Source of the DNA: Haliotis rufescens
Lineage: Eukaryota
NCBI RefSeq assembly: GCF_023055435.1
Contig: NW_025963868.1
Location: forward strand, 13,578,001 to 13,642,000
Direction of reading: 5' to 3'
DNA length: 64,000 bases
This document shows positions 12,626 through 26,200 of this stretch, piece after piece. The notes under the pieces were generated by a model. That model saw only the letters and a program-made list of their open reading frames with translations, was not told where the DNA came from and made no database searches. Numbering within the stretch: position 1 is the stretch's first letter; the number at the start of each line of letters is the position of its first letter. Position numbers and translations under genes: made by a program.

Positions 12626-15600
12626 TCCTGTATGATAGTTGAATCTTCAGAGACACATCATGATGCTGACGACACGAACTCCGCATGTGTTGAATACGCG
12701 GGTTCCATCAAAGCATACATCAACAGAAACCATACTGAATATATTTGGAGCCTTGTGAAAGTGTGTTCAAAATAAGTCAGTTTCCTGCACTATTATTACC
12801 ATCTAACAATGTCAGTTTGACTCAACACAAAATGACCCAATGCGTTGCTTCATGATAAGTTTCCCGCTGGGTGAGAATGATAACACACTCCTCTGTTATA
12901 TGCTACATGAGATGTCGGTTATGTTTTATTCATCTAAATGGGTCAACAGGAAATGGAAAATACTTTTTTAGCCAGGCCAATCAACCTTCCGTCATTATTA
13001 CACCATTTGAATATATAAATGAATACCTTCAGAATGAACAGAAAAAAACGTGGAGTCAGCAAGTTTTAAATGTTAGCCCCTTTTTTCTCTGAAAAGTGTT
13101 CAAGAGGGAATGTTCAAGTGCCATCATACTGACGAGCTTGGTAACCGGTTGTCTATATATTTTCACATATTCTTGTCTCTATAAAATAAGATCTATCAAG
13201 ACACCCATAAAAATAGCTTTACGTGTAGCAAGTACATCAACTTAATGTTGCATATTTTACAAGGCAAATGAGCATGATATATGAAATTGCATATTCAGTG
13301 TGTGTACAATTAAAGAGTGACTACATTCCACATTCCATTGCACTTTTCAATCAGTGTCAAGATCAGTAGCCAGTTTCCTGTGTGAAACTAAAACGTTGCT
13401 CTGGTCTAATTAAAGAGTCCGTTAAAATAATAAACGACACCATAAACAACAAAAACGTTCGCTTAAACGTAATAATCATTTTTATGACATAATGAACGAC
13501 AGCAGGTAGAATTACATGTGATGAGACACAAGGCACGAGACAGACTTGCGAAGGTTATGAGAATATATATAAACCAATACATTATACAATGCAGTGAGCA
13601 GGCAATGACAGTAGTGTCGGGACAACTTGAATCCAGTGTGTTAGGAGTGAGTGAGTTGGGTTTTAACAGTATTCCAGTTATATCGCGGCGTGTCAGCTTA
13701 ATGTGGGAGGAAAACCCGAAGTGATGCAGGTCTTAGACGTTTACCACTTCGGTGAAACCGACGAGCACGGGTATGTTGCTGACAAACCTACATACATAAT
13801 CGGGGCGAAACGGGATTCGAGCCCACAATCATGGGTTTCTGGCGTGTCGGGATTCAATTTCAATGTCTAGGCCAAAACATGTCTTTAGTAGTTGACTCAA
13901 CATACATAACTCCTACTGAATATCATTACACCTCAACCCGACTTCCTTGTGTATACAGTAATGATGAGGGCATTTAGCTGAAACAACTGACACTAGCCTT
14001 CCGTGTCCACGGGAGATTTGCAAAACAATTTCCTTGTTGAACACATTAAGCAAGTAGCGAATTTGTTTCACAAATAGTAACCAAAGCTAGCTGCCCTGAA
14101 AGTGAAATATGAACTTCAACAAGCAATAAGTGGTTAAAACAATAATAATATAATGTTTTAGGTAACTGTTTTCCACAAGGTAAAATGTATCATAACAAAC
14201 GGCTCAGGCTCGTGTTGAGACGGCTTCTGTTTAAATTATTGTACTGTATTATATCCATGTCAAAGTGTATTGTCAATGCAACACAAGTGATACTAACTTC
14301 ACCTTCACCTCACATTAGGATTAGACACATTATGGGAAACAAACCCAGAGCATAACACTTGTGTGTGTTCTCCCTTCACAAACATGAAACCATTTCCAGG
14401 AAACTGCGCGTGAAATACCAGCTGTATCTCACTGTACTGTGTCGCTCCTAATCGTATCAACACAAACTCAATAATATGACAGTACATTCATGATCAATTC
14501 CCTTAATTTGACAGCTGAGGGGACCAATTGTATATTTTCAAAGTGTGTCACAAAGCAATTGTACTGCTGAATCTAAATGCTGTTATTGTGGTGGTGACAA
14601 CAGTGCTCACTCACAACAATGAAGGACACTGATTGTGTGTAAAATATATTTCCATTGCTTTTCCTTAAAGTGGGCAGGCAACAACTGAACAGGAGATCGT
14701 GTTCATGTGGGTGCTCGAATATCTGATCCAATCTTCTCCATTTCCTGACAGATCTAAATTACAATTACCGACTCCATGAAAGGCATCTGCACGGAGAGCT
14801 GAAGGTCGGGGGCTCGAAAGATAGTTAAAAGATGGTACTTGTTGTTACCCTGCCTGAAGCTCGGCATTAAGGGGCTGAAACAAGGACTGGTCGCCTCGGA
14901 GTAGTATGTGTTCAACACAATGAATCAAAACGAGAAACAGTAAGACATATCTATGCAGAAATATATTTACGACGAGAGATATAATGTGTATTGCATCATA
15001 CATGCTTCTTCAATGGCATTGTAAATAAGTGACACCGTCAATAGTACAAGTGTTATGTGGCACCGCTGCACTGCAACTGTGTCGGGTAATGGGGAACGAA
15101 AGAATAAATACACACAGTTTCCCTGACATTGATCTGTAGCTATAAATGTCACATTCAGGACTATTTGAAGTATATAGTTTCACCACGTGACTTGCGATTT
15201 CCTTGCAAATAATCTTTAATTATGGATTTTCATCATTCAGCGAGAATAATCATATAGTTTGTACATGTGCATGGACTTAATATATGTCATCCTATGTTTT
15301 CGGCTTCAACGAACAAGTTGACTATTTACTTATTACTGGGAATTTCACTAGACAACTTCGACTGATGCTTTTGATCAAAGTTGGTTTGGATGGTATTTTT
15401 ATTATATCAGCGTGTGCATGTTTAAAGTGTACGTTAAAATTAATCGTTGCAACATCTTCATTTCATCCATATAGCGACGCCTGCTTAGGTGGCAAAAAAC
15501 ACCACAGACAATCCCAAGTGTTCTATACGGCTTCTGACACAGACATTGATATGACATCACAATTTTCCATTTTCTGAATACAGCATCCAAGTCATTGCTG

Positions 15601-16820
15601 TTAAACCATGCTGTCAAAATCATTTCAGAGACATTCTGTGAGTGAGTTCAAATTTAACATTGTAAAAACAGCATCATTTTATACACATAGCGTTGTCTAC
15701 TTTCATGACAACAGGAGCAGCAGAGGCAATCCTACGGCTTTTGGCATTCTGCCTCAAATAGGACAACGTCATGATCTCCTGGCAGTAAAGAGATTCAGTT
15801 CAGTTTTAGATATTATCCTCCCAAGTATCAACTCCTCAATAACATCAACAAACCTGAAATCTTGAAACCTGAATTGAGATACAAAATCTTATTTATTCCG
15901 TCAGAATGAAAATTCAGGACGGGCGGGAGATTGGAAACTCAGAAAAAATACGGACAGCCTTGGTGGTACCCTATAATCAATAACGCCGCACTCAGCAATA
16001 TTCCAGCTATATGTCGGCGGTCTGTAAATAATCGAGTCTGGACCAGACAATTCAGTTATTAATATCATAAGCATCGATCCACGCAATTTGGATCGATGAC
16101 ATGCATCAACCAAGTCAGCGGGCCTGACCACCCGATCCCGTTAGTCGCCTTTTCCGGCAAGCATGGGTTGCTGAAGACCTATTCAACCGTGGAATCTTCA
16201 CGGGTCTCAAGGCGGATTTGCTGATTTTTTGGTGCCATGAATATCATTAGGGTGCTCTTATGCATGGAGTGAATACCGGAAATTGGTTTATCCTTCATCT
16301 TGATTGGCGCCGTGTTATTCCCTATTGTATATCAGTACTTCCTTTTTTGATACCACATATTCGATTTTGAGATGTCAGTAAATCGAATATGAGATATAAC
16401 AAAATGAAGTTTTGATATTAAAAAAGTCGATGTTTGTTCATCATTAACTAATTTTACACACACAAAAGCGAAACCCATTATTGGTATCAAGAAATCGAAT
16501 TTTTTACATCAATAATGTACGTCTGGCCGGCATTTATTTTACGGATGCATTTCATTGTGCGGGTGTTTGAGCAATAACGAAAAGGTTTCAATACGTCGTG
16601 CCACGTTCTTTGAAGTGGTGAGGATTTTCTCTGAACATAATAAAAAGCGAATCAAGATAATATTTCAGATAATTTGAGACAAACTATCTAGTACAAAATA
16701 CCTTTCTAAGTTCTATATACACACACAGAGCAAACAAACTCATACTCTGTCAAAACTTGAACCCATAACGCGGCTCTAAAATCTACCCGGTTGGTCGCGG
16801 GGTAAGGGAGGTAACCATGT

Positions 16821-16852
16821 GGGCAAATTCCCTGTTTCCGGGGGAAATCCCC
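16821..16852. promoter_or_regulatory. Paired NF-kB/Rel-type sites (copy 2); candidate promoter of the STAND-ankyrin gene
   Basis: GGGCAAATTCCC (16821-16832) and GGGGGAAATCCCC (16840-16852), followed by candidate donor CAG|GTGAAT at 16891/16892. Confidence 0.55.
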
Positions 16853-17309
16853 GTCGTTTCCACATCACGAGCTCACGCGCTGCTCCGGCAGGTGAATCAT
16901 ATATCATAATTTCTACATTCTGGTCGTTCTAAGGTACCAATATTTGGACTGTCAAACTCGTTTCGTCCAAAACATCGTATGTAGCTTTTTAACGGTGTTA
17001 TATGCAACGACTATCATGTTTGTATGACGATAAGACCCAAGGTCAAACCACGCTGTCTGTACAGGACTGCATCAAGTACGTTATTATCGCCTCTCGTTGA
17101 AGTGCCTAATGAATACTACAGCCAGCTTGTGTTTTATTCATATACACTGTGCTCTTAGAGCAGACTAAACTACTCTCGAAATATACAGCCGCGCTACCTG
17201 AACATTGTCTTTCGTACATATTGAAAAGAGCCGCTGTAAAATCATAAGTGACGGGTGAGGGACGCGATCAGCATTGTCTTCCTGCTTCCTATCGTTTCTT
17301 ATTGGTTAC

Positions 17310-17462
17310 TGAGTGAGTGAGTGAGTATCGTTTTACGCCGCTTTTAGCAATATTCCAGCAACATCAGAAATGGGCTTCACACATTGTACCCATGTCGGGA
17401 ATCGAAACCGGGTCTTCGGCGTGACGAGCGAACGCTTTAACCACTAGGCTACCCGACCGCCC
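17310..17462 (-). mobile_element. SINE family A, inserted after the segmental duplication
   Basis: Flanked by direct repeat TTATTGGTTACTGA; absent at the equivalent site (~6920) of copy 1. Confidence 0.9.
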
Positions 17463-18059
17463 AATTATTGGTTACTGAATGACTTTGTTTTGTTGTTAAC
17501 GTCGCACTCAGCAATATTCCAGCTATATGACGGCTGTCTGTAAATAATCGAGCCTAATCCAGACAATTCAGTGATTGATATCATGAGCATCGATCCACGC
17601 AGTTGGGATACGATGACATGCATCAACCAAGTCGGCGGGCATCAAAGTAGGAATATTTTGTGCAAAAAATAAATGTTTATTTTCTTGATATGACGTCTCT
17701 TTATTCGTGTATTAGGTACATCATGAAATCTACATATTATGATTTCAAATAATTGTGTAAGTCACACAGATGAGGACCATCACTTAGTCTATTATAAGAT
17801 CGTATCAGTCAATAGCATATAAGAAACTGGGTACTGAAAATCAGATGGTTATAGATTATGTATGAAATTAGGAGAAATTATTCTGTCGAATTAACAATTA
17901 TGATTAATTCCAAACAATGAAAGGAAATGTTTGCACAATTTACGCATCGAATATCCTTAATCAATGTAGCGCAAACCTACCCTCAAGTACACCTAAGATA
18001 TAATATTTATTATAAAAGTTTCTTTTACAGATATTCCACAAGCGATTCAAAGGCAGAAG

Positions 18060-20466
18060 ATGGAGATTCGACATTGCACAGGTAGCACACATGACGGCAA
18101 TCAATACACACAGCATTCGTATAGGGAGTATTACGTGACGTCATACTTACAGAGGGTATTACGTGACGTCATACTTACAGAGGTGTTACATGATGTATCA
18201 CTCTCCTACCCAGAGTTCCTTGCGCCCGGCAGCCAGCCATCATAGTATGAAATAACACGTCTTTTCACTTGAGTGAAATAACTCTTAATGCCGGAACTAC
18301 TTTCGGCCTGCCTCAATGAACCTAAGGTTTTCAGCGAAACACCGTAAAGCTCTGAAGGAACATACGTAATAAATAGAACATTTGTCTTTTCTTGTCAAAT
18401 ATTTATCTCACCTCGACATCGTATCCCAATTGCGTGGATCGATGCTCATGATGTCAATCACTGGATTGTCTGATCCAGACTCGATTATTTACAGACCGCC
18501 GTCATAAAGCTGGACTATTGCTCACTGCGGCGTTAAACAACAAACAAACAAACAAACAAACAAACAAACCTGGCAAAGCAACGCCACTTATGAACACATC
18601 AACTTTGTCAGATCACTCGATGAGATAAACTTCTTATCTGACAAGAAAATACAGAAAAAGTTTATGTATTTGTTTATTTACCTTGTCCACATGAATGTCA
18701 ACAGTGACGGACTTGAACGTCGCATGGGGCACGGTGTTGGCCCAGTCGGCTGAGGCGCCGCAATTGGCTGTGCAGGGTTGCGACCCTTGAGCATACCAGA
18801 AACCTATGATCATGGGTTCGAATCCCTGATTATGTTTCTAGGTTTGTCAGCAACATACCCGTGCTCGTGGGTTTCACCAAAGTGGTAAACGTCTGAGACC
18901 TGCATCACTTCGGGCTTTCCTCCCACATTAAGCTGACACGCCGTGATATAACTGGAATACTGTGAAAAGCGGCGTTGAACCAACTCACTCATTAAAACGT
19001 CACAACTATTGGGACATCATCACGCATCACGTTGACAATGCTGTCTTGTTTATAGAGGGGAACACCATTATAACCTTTAGGCATACAGGTTAAGGAAATG
19101 CGACGTAAAGGAGCGTGTCTGCCACTAAATGCAATACCTCGATGCTTCAGTGATCAGTTTTTATTGTGTCTCAGGCGCTTACAAATTGAGAATGAACTAA
19201 GTTTGTGATGATACAGTGATCAGTTTTCTATTATGTCTCAGGCCCTTACAAATTGAGAATGAACTAATTTTGTGATGCTTCAGTGATCAGTTTTTATTGT
19301 GTCTCAGGCGCTTACAAATTGAGAATGAACTAATTTTGTGAATCGTCAGTGAACAGTTTTCTAATATGTCTCAGGCCCTTACAAATTGAGAATGAACTAA
19401 TTTTGTGATGCGTCAGTGAACAGTTTTCTAATATGTCTCAGGCCCTTACAAATTGAGAATGAACTAATTTCCCTTGAGTCCTGTGTGACGCCAAAAATAT
19501 GTCTGCTTGAAACATATTTTTTTCAAAATTGTTACATACAACTGGCATTTCTATTCAGGATCTATTCTAAAAATTCAAATCTACATCTGATATACGCAAA
19601 TGGCTTCTGAGCATGTTCAGTAATAATGAGTGAGTGAGTATGGTTTTACGCCGCTTTTTTAGCAATATTCCAGCAATATCACGGCGGGGGACACCAGAAA
19701 TGGGCTTCACACATTGTACCCATGTCGGGAATCGAACCCGGGTCTTCGGCGTGACGAGCGAACGCTTTAACCACTAGGCTACCTGTTCAGTAATATGACA
19801 ATTCTTGAAAATTACCTGAAGCATGCCCCATATCGCCAGCCTGGGACCCCATTGTTTTGCGTGGGTCCCCCAAAATGTATTGCGAGTCTGCAGGACACGT
19901 AACGAGAAAGACTAGGTAAATACATATGTGATGACCGGTCATAAGGACGACATCAAACATCAAACTAACTGACAATTAAAGAACTACGCTGTGAAAGTGT
20001 GTTTCCGACACCATGTGTTTGCTTTGTTTGTTGTTTAACGCCGCAATCAGTAATATTCCAGCTATTTGAGGGCGGTCTGTAAATAAACGATTCTAAACCA
20101 GACAATCCAGTGATTTTCACCATGATCATCGATCCAAGCAATTGGTATATGATGACGTGCATCAACCAAGTCAGCGAGTCTGACCACCCGATCCCGTTAG
20201 TCCCCTCTTACAAGCATAGTCGCCTCTTACGGCAAGTACGGGTTGCGGAAGACCAATTCGAACCCGGATCTTCAAATGTTTTTGCAAGACTGACGAGTCC
20301 ATCCAAGCCCTACCGGCCACGAGCTTAGCTTAAGACAACGAATCACAAGTCGTCAACTAATATAATACCGCAACCAACCATTTGAAGAAAGTTGTCAGAT
20401 GCAGCAAACATGTCTAACATTTCTTCTTCTTTTTTCTTTCAGATCGACGTTTCGAAAATATTTGTG
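18060..20466 (+). CDS. Candidate short 5' coding exons of the STAND-ankyrin gene: 18060-18081 (MEIRHCT) and 24-bp microexon 20443-20466 (DRRFENIC)
   Basis: Strong polypyrimidine acceptors at 18030 and 20442; donors GTAGCA (weak) and GTATGT; both exons end in phase 1, matching the phase-1 acceptor TTTTTCAG|AT at 23213/23214. Confidence 0.45.
19141..19470. repeat. Minisatellite, 5 x ~66 bp
   Basis: CAGTGA(T/A)CAGTTTT...TGTCTCAGGC(G/C)CTTACAAATTGAGAATGAACTAA repeated head to tail. Confidence 0.92.
19628..19783 (-). mobile_element. SINE family A with target-site duplication
   Basis: TGTTCAGTAATA on both flanks. Confidence 0.88.
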
Positions 20467-20945
20467 GTATGTACCATCTTCCAAAACTGGCTTCCACAGA
20501 ATATTTCGCTCGGTTGAGTTCAAACATTGCTCAGGAGATACAGCTTCAGTGAAAGTGCATCACAATGCTTTGCACACCATAGCGATGTCATTCGTTACCA
20601 GTGAAAAAATTAAATTAAAGAAAATCATGATTTTGGGGGCTAATTAAATACAGCCTTTGACGGGTGCCCACCTAACAAGGAAATACCTGGAATACACCAT
20701 CAACGGCTGTAACACCTGTTGATATGTTACTGTACGTCGATGATAAAATGTTGTAAAAGGAACCTGATAAACACACTTTCTTACTTCAATCTAGAAGGAT
20801 TTTATGCTTTAATGCATCGAATGCCTTTAAAAAGTCGATAAAAAGACAATAAAAACCTTCCCTTCTTTTTACAAGAATATTTTGTAATTTTAAACTGAAG
20901 TGTAAAACTATGGTCAACGGTTGAGTAACAAGCTATTAAGCCAGC

Positions 20946-21230
20946 GGGGGCACGGGGGCCTAGTCGTCTAAAGCGCCGGGATTCGCTGTGCAGAGTTGCG
21001 TCCCTTGGACATGCAAGAAACCTATGATGGTGGGTTCGAATCCCGGTTCGCCCAAATTATGTTTCTAGGTTTGTCAGCACCATACCCGTGCTCGTGGGTT
21101 TCACCAAAGTGGTAAACGTCTGAGACTTGCATCACTTCGGGCTTTCCTCCCACATTAAGCTGACCACATCACGCCGTGATATAACTGGAATAATGTTAAA
21201 AACGGCGTTAAACCCAACTCACTCACTCAC
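20946..21230 (+). mobile_element. SINE family C (~280 bp, tRNA-like head with widely spaced A/B boxes, (ACTC)n tail)
   Basis: GGGCACGGGGGCCTAGTCGTCTAAAGCG...GGGTTCGAATCCCGG...CCCAACTCACTCACTC. Other copies ~13645-13850(-), 18726-18992(+), 38250-38518(-), 43060-43285(+), 63053-63323(+). Confidence 0.85.
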
Positions 21231-23213
21231 TATAAAGCCAGCCTCTGACTCATTAAGAATATTATTACTTTCACACCATTTATATAATCATTTGCTTAAA
21301 ACAGATGTAACAATTTACATATAGAGTTTGATAAGGAAGTACCTCTGTCATTATTATTGTCTGATTTATGTTTATTTATGCTTTTACCCCATGAAGTGGA
21401 CGAAATATCAGCAGTGAAATTTCTGTTGTACAATGTAGTGAATATAGCAGTTACCAACACAATAGAAGATATGATATACCATTAAATTCTAGAGTTTGTG
21501 GAACAGTTCTTTTTGTTCTGATCTGGATTGTCTGTCTACAATAGGGTGGCCATGTTGCGTATGCAGTAGACTGTCACTTGTGTGTTATGGAGACTGGAAC
21601 TGTTCAAACCGTTGCCAACATGATATCTGTTTTGAAATACCTTCACCAAATATATTTTCCTAAATGATTCTCCAGAGGAGAAAAGGATCAGATCTAGCTG
21701 GTACTAATTTTTGCAATTTGAACGCATGGTTATCTTTTGGTGACCTGGGAATAACGTATGTGTCTCAAGGATAGACAGAAAATCTAAGTTAAAATCCTGC
21801 ATGTAGGCAAGAAAGACTTTCATTGTAACATTTGACCTGTTATGATCCGGAGTAGAATAGGTCTCCAGCAACCCATGCTTGTAAAAGGCGACTATTCTTG
21901 TAGTAAGAGGCGACTTACGGAATCGGGTGGTCAGGCTCGCTGGCTTGGTTGATGAACTTCATCGATCCCAATTGCACATGTTTTCCATCTTGATCCCATG
22001 TAAACTCTTCCTACTTTCATCAGGTTGGCTGAACGTCCCGATTTTAATTCCAAATTGTCAGGTTTCTATCCCCATGTCAGACAACGTCAAAAGTACGACC
22101 TGCTCGCTCGCTCAGTCATGCGCCCTCCGTTTCCAATACAATGCAATATATATTATTTATGTGGCTAGACGTAATAATCTATATCAACTATGTTCACGGA
22201 GCCTCATGGTGGCACCATGATTGTTCCTGGCATAACTTCAGAATGGTTTCATACGAAATATCTGACATTATCCTGAAGGGATCATACGCAATCACCGAAA
22301 AACAACCCACAGAAACGGCCCTTCTGTATTCTGAAACGAAATTGCATCTTTCAATACATATTCATAAAGACATCTCGACATTAAGTTCGTGATTCATAAC
22401 GTTCATGTTTATGCATGGCGCACAATGTGGATGTTTCCTTGGAGCATGATACTTGCACACGTGTTATTCATGTGATCCGCAAACAGTGATTGTTTAGCTA
22501 ACAGGTGCTCAAGTCTTTGAATGACATTTAGAAGTGATGTACATAAGGTAGAGAATTTATGGATGTCAACTTCTTCATTATGTGGAGTATATACTTACTC
22601 CTTCATCAGGTGCATACATGCTATGAAGCAGAGAACAGACATGTGTACCTGTAAGAACAACAAAAATTAAACGATAACAAAACTGGAAACATTACAAGAG
22701 AAGCCAACCGTTAATTGGCCTTGATTGGTGATTAGCAATGGACAAGTGGAAGCCAACACTAAACAGTTTATTAACACTGATAGTTGACACTTGATAGCGA
22801 TGGACAACTGGAAGCCAGGCATTGGCAATGGGCAAACTTGACCTAATTAGCACTGATAGGTAATAGTGGCAATGGACAAATGGAAGCAAGCTTGATAATT
22901 CGCACAGTCAAAAATTCAAGTCGCAAGCACTGGGCAGATAGGGTCACGGTTCATGGCTGGCTGTTATCTCCTGGCTGCCCTTTACTTTTTTCCGGTAGTA
23001 TATAAACATCTGTGTCCAATCTAAAAATGTAACTTTATTATACATATGTGTCTGGACATGCTCAAGTGAAGGTAATTAGCCAACACTTGAACATGGAATC
23101 GAATTTATTTTGAAAACGTCTTCTTTACTCCAAATACAAAATGTATAAAGCAAACATTAAATATAATTTCTTTCAAGTCACGAATGATAGAGACGTGTCT
23201 GTTTCTTTTTCAG

Positions 23214-26200
23214 ATTCAACGAAGGCACTCCTCACTCATGAAGACACAGGGTATGTATCAACCTATTATGAGAGGTCAGCTATGAGGCTGTTGACAGAAC
23301 ATGGCCGGATATTCATCAAAGGGAGATCTGGTTCTGGCAAGTCAAGGCTTGGTATCAGACTTCTGGCAACACTATCTGAAAACAAAAGTAGAACACCTGT
23401 TTTACTAACCTCAGCTGAAGAATGGAAATTGATACCCAAAACAACTGCCCATGATCGACGCAGGTACATTGTGATGTTAGATGATGTATTTGGATCCAGT
23501 AATTTTGTCCCTTCAAGTGTAGATGGATGGAAAAGAACATTTGATATTATGTGGCCATCAATTGAATCAAAACATATTTTTCTTGTTATCACATCAAGAC
23601 CAGAGATAAGTATTCAGTGTGAGAATGAACTGAAGAAATATGACTTGATGCAGGACATGCCTTGTGTCACGTTGGATGAGGGAGAATATATACTTCAGGA
23701 GAGTGAAAAAAGAAAAATGCTGCAAACTATCTGTCCAACCAAAAGTGGCTTGATGCCAAAAGAAATACAAGATATTGCTTCAGCAAGAGCAACTCTTGGT
23801 TTTCCTCAGTGTTGCAAGTTTTTTGCAAGCAGTAAGCAAGCACAGTCTAAAGGAGTGAGCTTCCTTTTTCAGGCCGCATGACTATGTCTTGGAGGAGATA
23901 GACAGACTAAAAGAAAGCGACAGTTTAGGGTACCTTGTTCTACTTCTGGTACTCATGCAAAATGGATGCATGAAAAAAACACTACTAGAAAGGAGAACAA
24001 AAGAGTTAAGCAATATGCTTGAAACTTTAAAGGATGTGTGCGCAGACATGCCTGTATTGTTTCCAAGTCTTGTTAGAATCCGAGAAAAAGCTGATGCACT
24101 CTGTGGTGTATACTTAGTACTCAGTGCAGACGGATATAAGTTTCAGCATCAGTCAATATCAGAGTGTGTATTCATCACCTTGTCAAACATCGACACCAAC
24201 TTATGCATCGAAGCATGTCCTGTACCACTGCTTTTAGAGCTCATTCAAACGAGAGTAAATGATCAAAATGAGAATGAAATAGTGATATTATTGACTGAGG
24301 ATCACTATCCTGCGTTTGCTGATAGAATTACAAAACTATTGTTAACCTCAACTTCATCAAAAGAAATCTTGAACCATACCGCTTTTCAGGATGATGACTT
24401 CATTCGGTGTTTGGTATCCAAATGGACATCTGAAGGTAAAGTGCCAATTATTTGGCAGCATAACTTTGAATCAAAAACACAAATGTGGTTCACAAGTCAG
24501 CAACCAACGTCATTTAGCATCAATGTGGCATTGTTTGAATTTCAGAAAATTGTTCCGTTTCTGATTCTAAAGAATATCAAAACGCTTGTGGACACTTTGA
24601 TTGCATTGAATAAAGATGAAGGTTCAGATGTCCTCCAGGAGTGTTTACCTTGTGCAGTTTATGTTGGCAGAAACGACCTTGTGAAGACCCTACTTGATTA
24701 TGGAGCCACACCAGATGACAGTTTGTCCAGCAAGACATATAGACACCGATGTGGCAGATACCATTTTCAAAGTTGTTGTGGCAGTGCACGAGGAGGTTGA
24801 TGGAGCGGATCCCGATAAAAAGTTGACATGGGATTCCATATCCAATCTAAGAGATCTCTTCTGGCTAGCAGTAATGAATGGAAACGTACATATTGTACAA
24901 TTACTTGTCAAAAGGTTAAAGAGTGAAACAAACAGTTTGACAATCTTCAAGAATGCCTTGGTAGGTCTTGTCAAGGAACTTAGTAAAGGCCATAGATGTC
25001 CAGTATTTACGCCCTATAACATGACACACCTGAGTGAAATAATTAAAATTCTCCTGGGCACAGGATGCAAGGTAGATCTTGAGTATCTCATTTTGCAGGC
25101 AGCAACCCACACTGATGCTACTGCGTTACGTCTTTTTCTTGCACAAGGTGTACATGTGGATGATATATATGTTGCAAAAGAAGACGTTTACAGCACCGAA
25201 GATTATTATCCAACACCTTTACAGCAAGCAGCAGCTTATGGAGGGGAGGATTGTCTGGAAGAAATCCTCAGTTGTTCACATCTAATTAGCAGTAACCATT
25301 CATTATTGCACACTGCAGTTAAACATGGTAACACTGAGTGTGCGTCCTTGCTCATTCAGAAAGGCGTCCCAGTCAATACACTGGACAGAAATGGCAATGC
25401 ACCTCTTCATGTTGCTGTCAAACACAACCAGTTGAAAAGTATTGAGCTACTACTTTCAAAGCATGCATCTGTTGACATAGAAAACAGTGATGGGTGTATA
25501 CCATTATTATGTATGGAATATGCATCCCCTCCCGACATAAACATTGTTGCAACTCTTATAGATGCAGGAAGCAATATTAATGAGGTTGATAAACAACAAA
25601 GGACACTACTTTATAAAGCAGCAGAGTACGGTGACCTGGCTACTGTGAAGTACTTATGCAACAAAGGCGCCAACGTGAATATTGACACACAACAGTTCAA
25701 CATTTCCTGTATGGCAATCAAAGATGAACAAAGGCTGTGTAAGAGAGTTATTCTTGCTGCGTGCAGAAATGCTGATATTGACACCGTAAAGTTGCTCTGT
25801 GAACATGGTGCTGATGTTGACATAGTTGACGTCAATGGGGAAACAGTAATACACAAAGCTGCTGCATCCCGAATCGATGCTGTAGAGAAACTTCAATATC
25901 TTCTGGACATCAAACAGGTGCCTCTTAGTATACCAGACAATTCTGGAAGGACGGCCTTATTTCCAGCAGTGATGTCAGCTTTACAAACTGGGTATTTGGA
26001 AGTTCTGCACTTTCTTGCGTCTCGAAAGATGGACCTCAAGCAAAGGGATACTTATGGGGACAGTTTACTGTTATATGCATTAACCCTAAACCCATTGGAT
26101 TCAAAGCATACTGCATCAGAAGGCTTCATTAACCTGATGCTAAGCCATGGAATTGATCCAAACATAAAGAACCTACAAGGAAGAGCAGTGCTTCACTATG

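Larger units (their letters stand above)
9927..18395. repeat. Tandem segmental duplication, copy 2
   Basis: Collinear, highly similar partner of 1-7945, with extra sequence at ~10750-11035, ~13500-13850 and 17310-17462. Confidence 0.95.

Noticed and set aside
19141-19470. Possible CRISPR array
   Set aside because: Units are head-to-tail with no unique spacers, the context is eukaryotic and there are no cas genes.
20946-21050. Possible tRNA genes at SINE heads (also ~790, ~11037, ~63053)
   Set aside because: A/B boxes run into SINE bodies with simple-repeat tails and, in several copies, TSDs; no complete cloverleaf is evident.
23141-23213. ATG at 23141 as the true start of the NTPase
   Set aside because: This segment is AT-rich and ends in a strong acceptor (TTTCTTTTTCAG), so it looks intronic; not fully excluded.
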